The notes beneath the pieces are model-generated. The model saw only the letters and a program-made list of their open reading frames with translations, was not told where the DNA came from and did no database searches. Shown one piece after another: positions 4,553 to 4,648 of a stretch of DNA of 4,648 nt; the stretch's first letter is position 1, and each line of letters opens with the position of its first letter. The stretch comes from a virus (taxonomy: Duplodnaviria; Heunggongvirae; Uroviricota; Caudoviricetes): positions 1-4,648 of the IMG/VR virus record IMGVR_UViG_2645727715_000001; one strand, written 5' to 3'. The position numbers were made by a program, and so were the translations under genes.

Positions 4553-4648
4553 GGGGAAAAATTTTTCCCCGGGAAAAAAATTTTTGGGGTTTTTAAAAAA
4601 ACCCCAAAAAAAGGGGCCCCCTTTTAAAAAACCCCGGGTTTTAAAAAA
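4553..4648. other. Low-complexity homopolymer-stutter tract (GGGG AAAAA TTTTT CCCC GGG AAAAAAA ...), most likely sequencing or assembly artefact at a contig/read end rather than genomic sequence
   Basis: Every base occurs in runs of 3-7, cycling through all four nucleotides for about 96 bp to the end of the window; nothing like this occurs in the preceding 4.5 kb. Confidence 0.7.

Noticed and set aside
1-4648. CRISPR array, tRNA/rRNA genes, integrase or transposase
   Set aside because: No regularly spaced direct repeats with unique spacers, no cloverleaf-like tRNA candidates noticed, and no ORF long enough or with motifs suggestive of recombinase or transposase.

Overview
The window reads as one unidirectional (+ strand) operon of about a dozen small, tightly packed genes, typical of the non-essential early/accessory region of a lambdoid-type enterobacterial prophage. 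This assignment is inferred from gene architecture and protein family resemblance, not from any search. Most junctions are translationally coupled (ATGA or TGAtATG overlaps) with AGGAG-type ribosome-binding sites. I see no rRNA, tRNA, CRISPR array, integrase or transposase. Recognisable content: a 171-aa protein with a PD-(D/E)xK nuclease-like motif; a paralogous pair (128 aa and 315 aa) sharing an N-terminal module, the longer one ending in what I recall as a DUF551-type domain; and several very small basic, acidic, Cys-rich or hydrophobic proteins. The segment from about 3270 to 3990 is visibly AT-richer and carries unannotated single-helix mini-ORFs. The best candidate for an undescribed module is there (40-aa membrane peptide plus 97-aa protein, 3333-3756), alongside the nuclease-like gene and a 71-aa strongly acidic protein. 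The region 3935-4552 consists of reading frames broken at homopolymer runs, and the last ~96 bp (4553-4648) is a non-biological-looking homopolymer stutter, so the 3-prime end should be treated as unreliable. All functional calls are motif-level hypotheses; no database search was possible.
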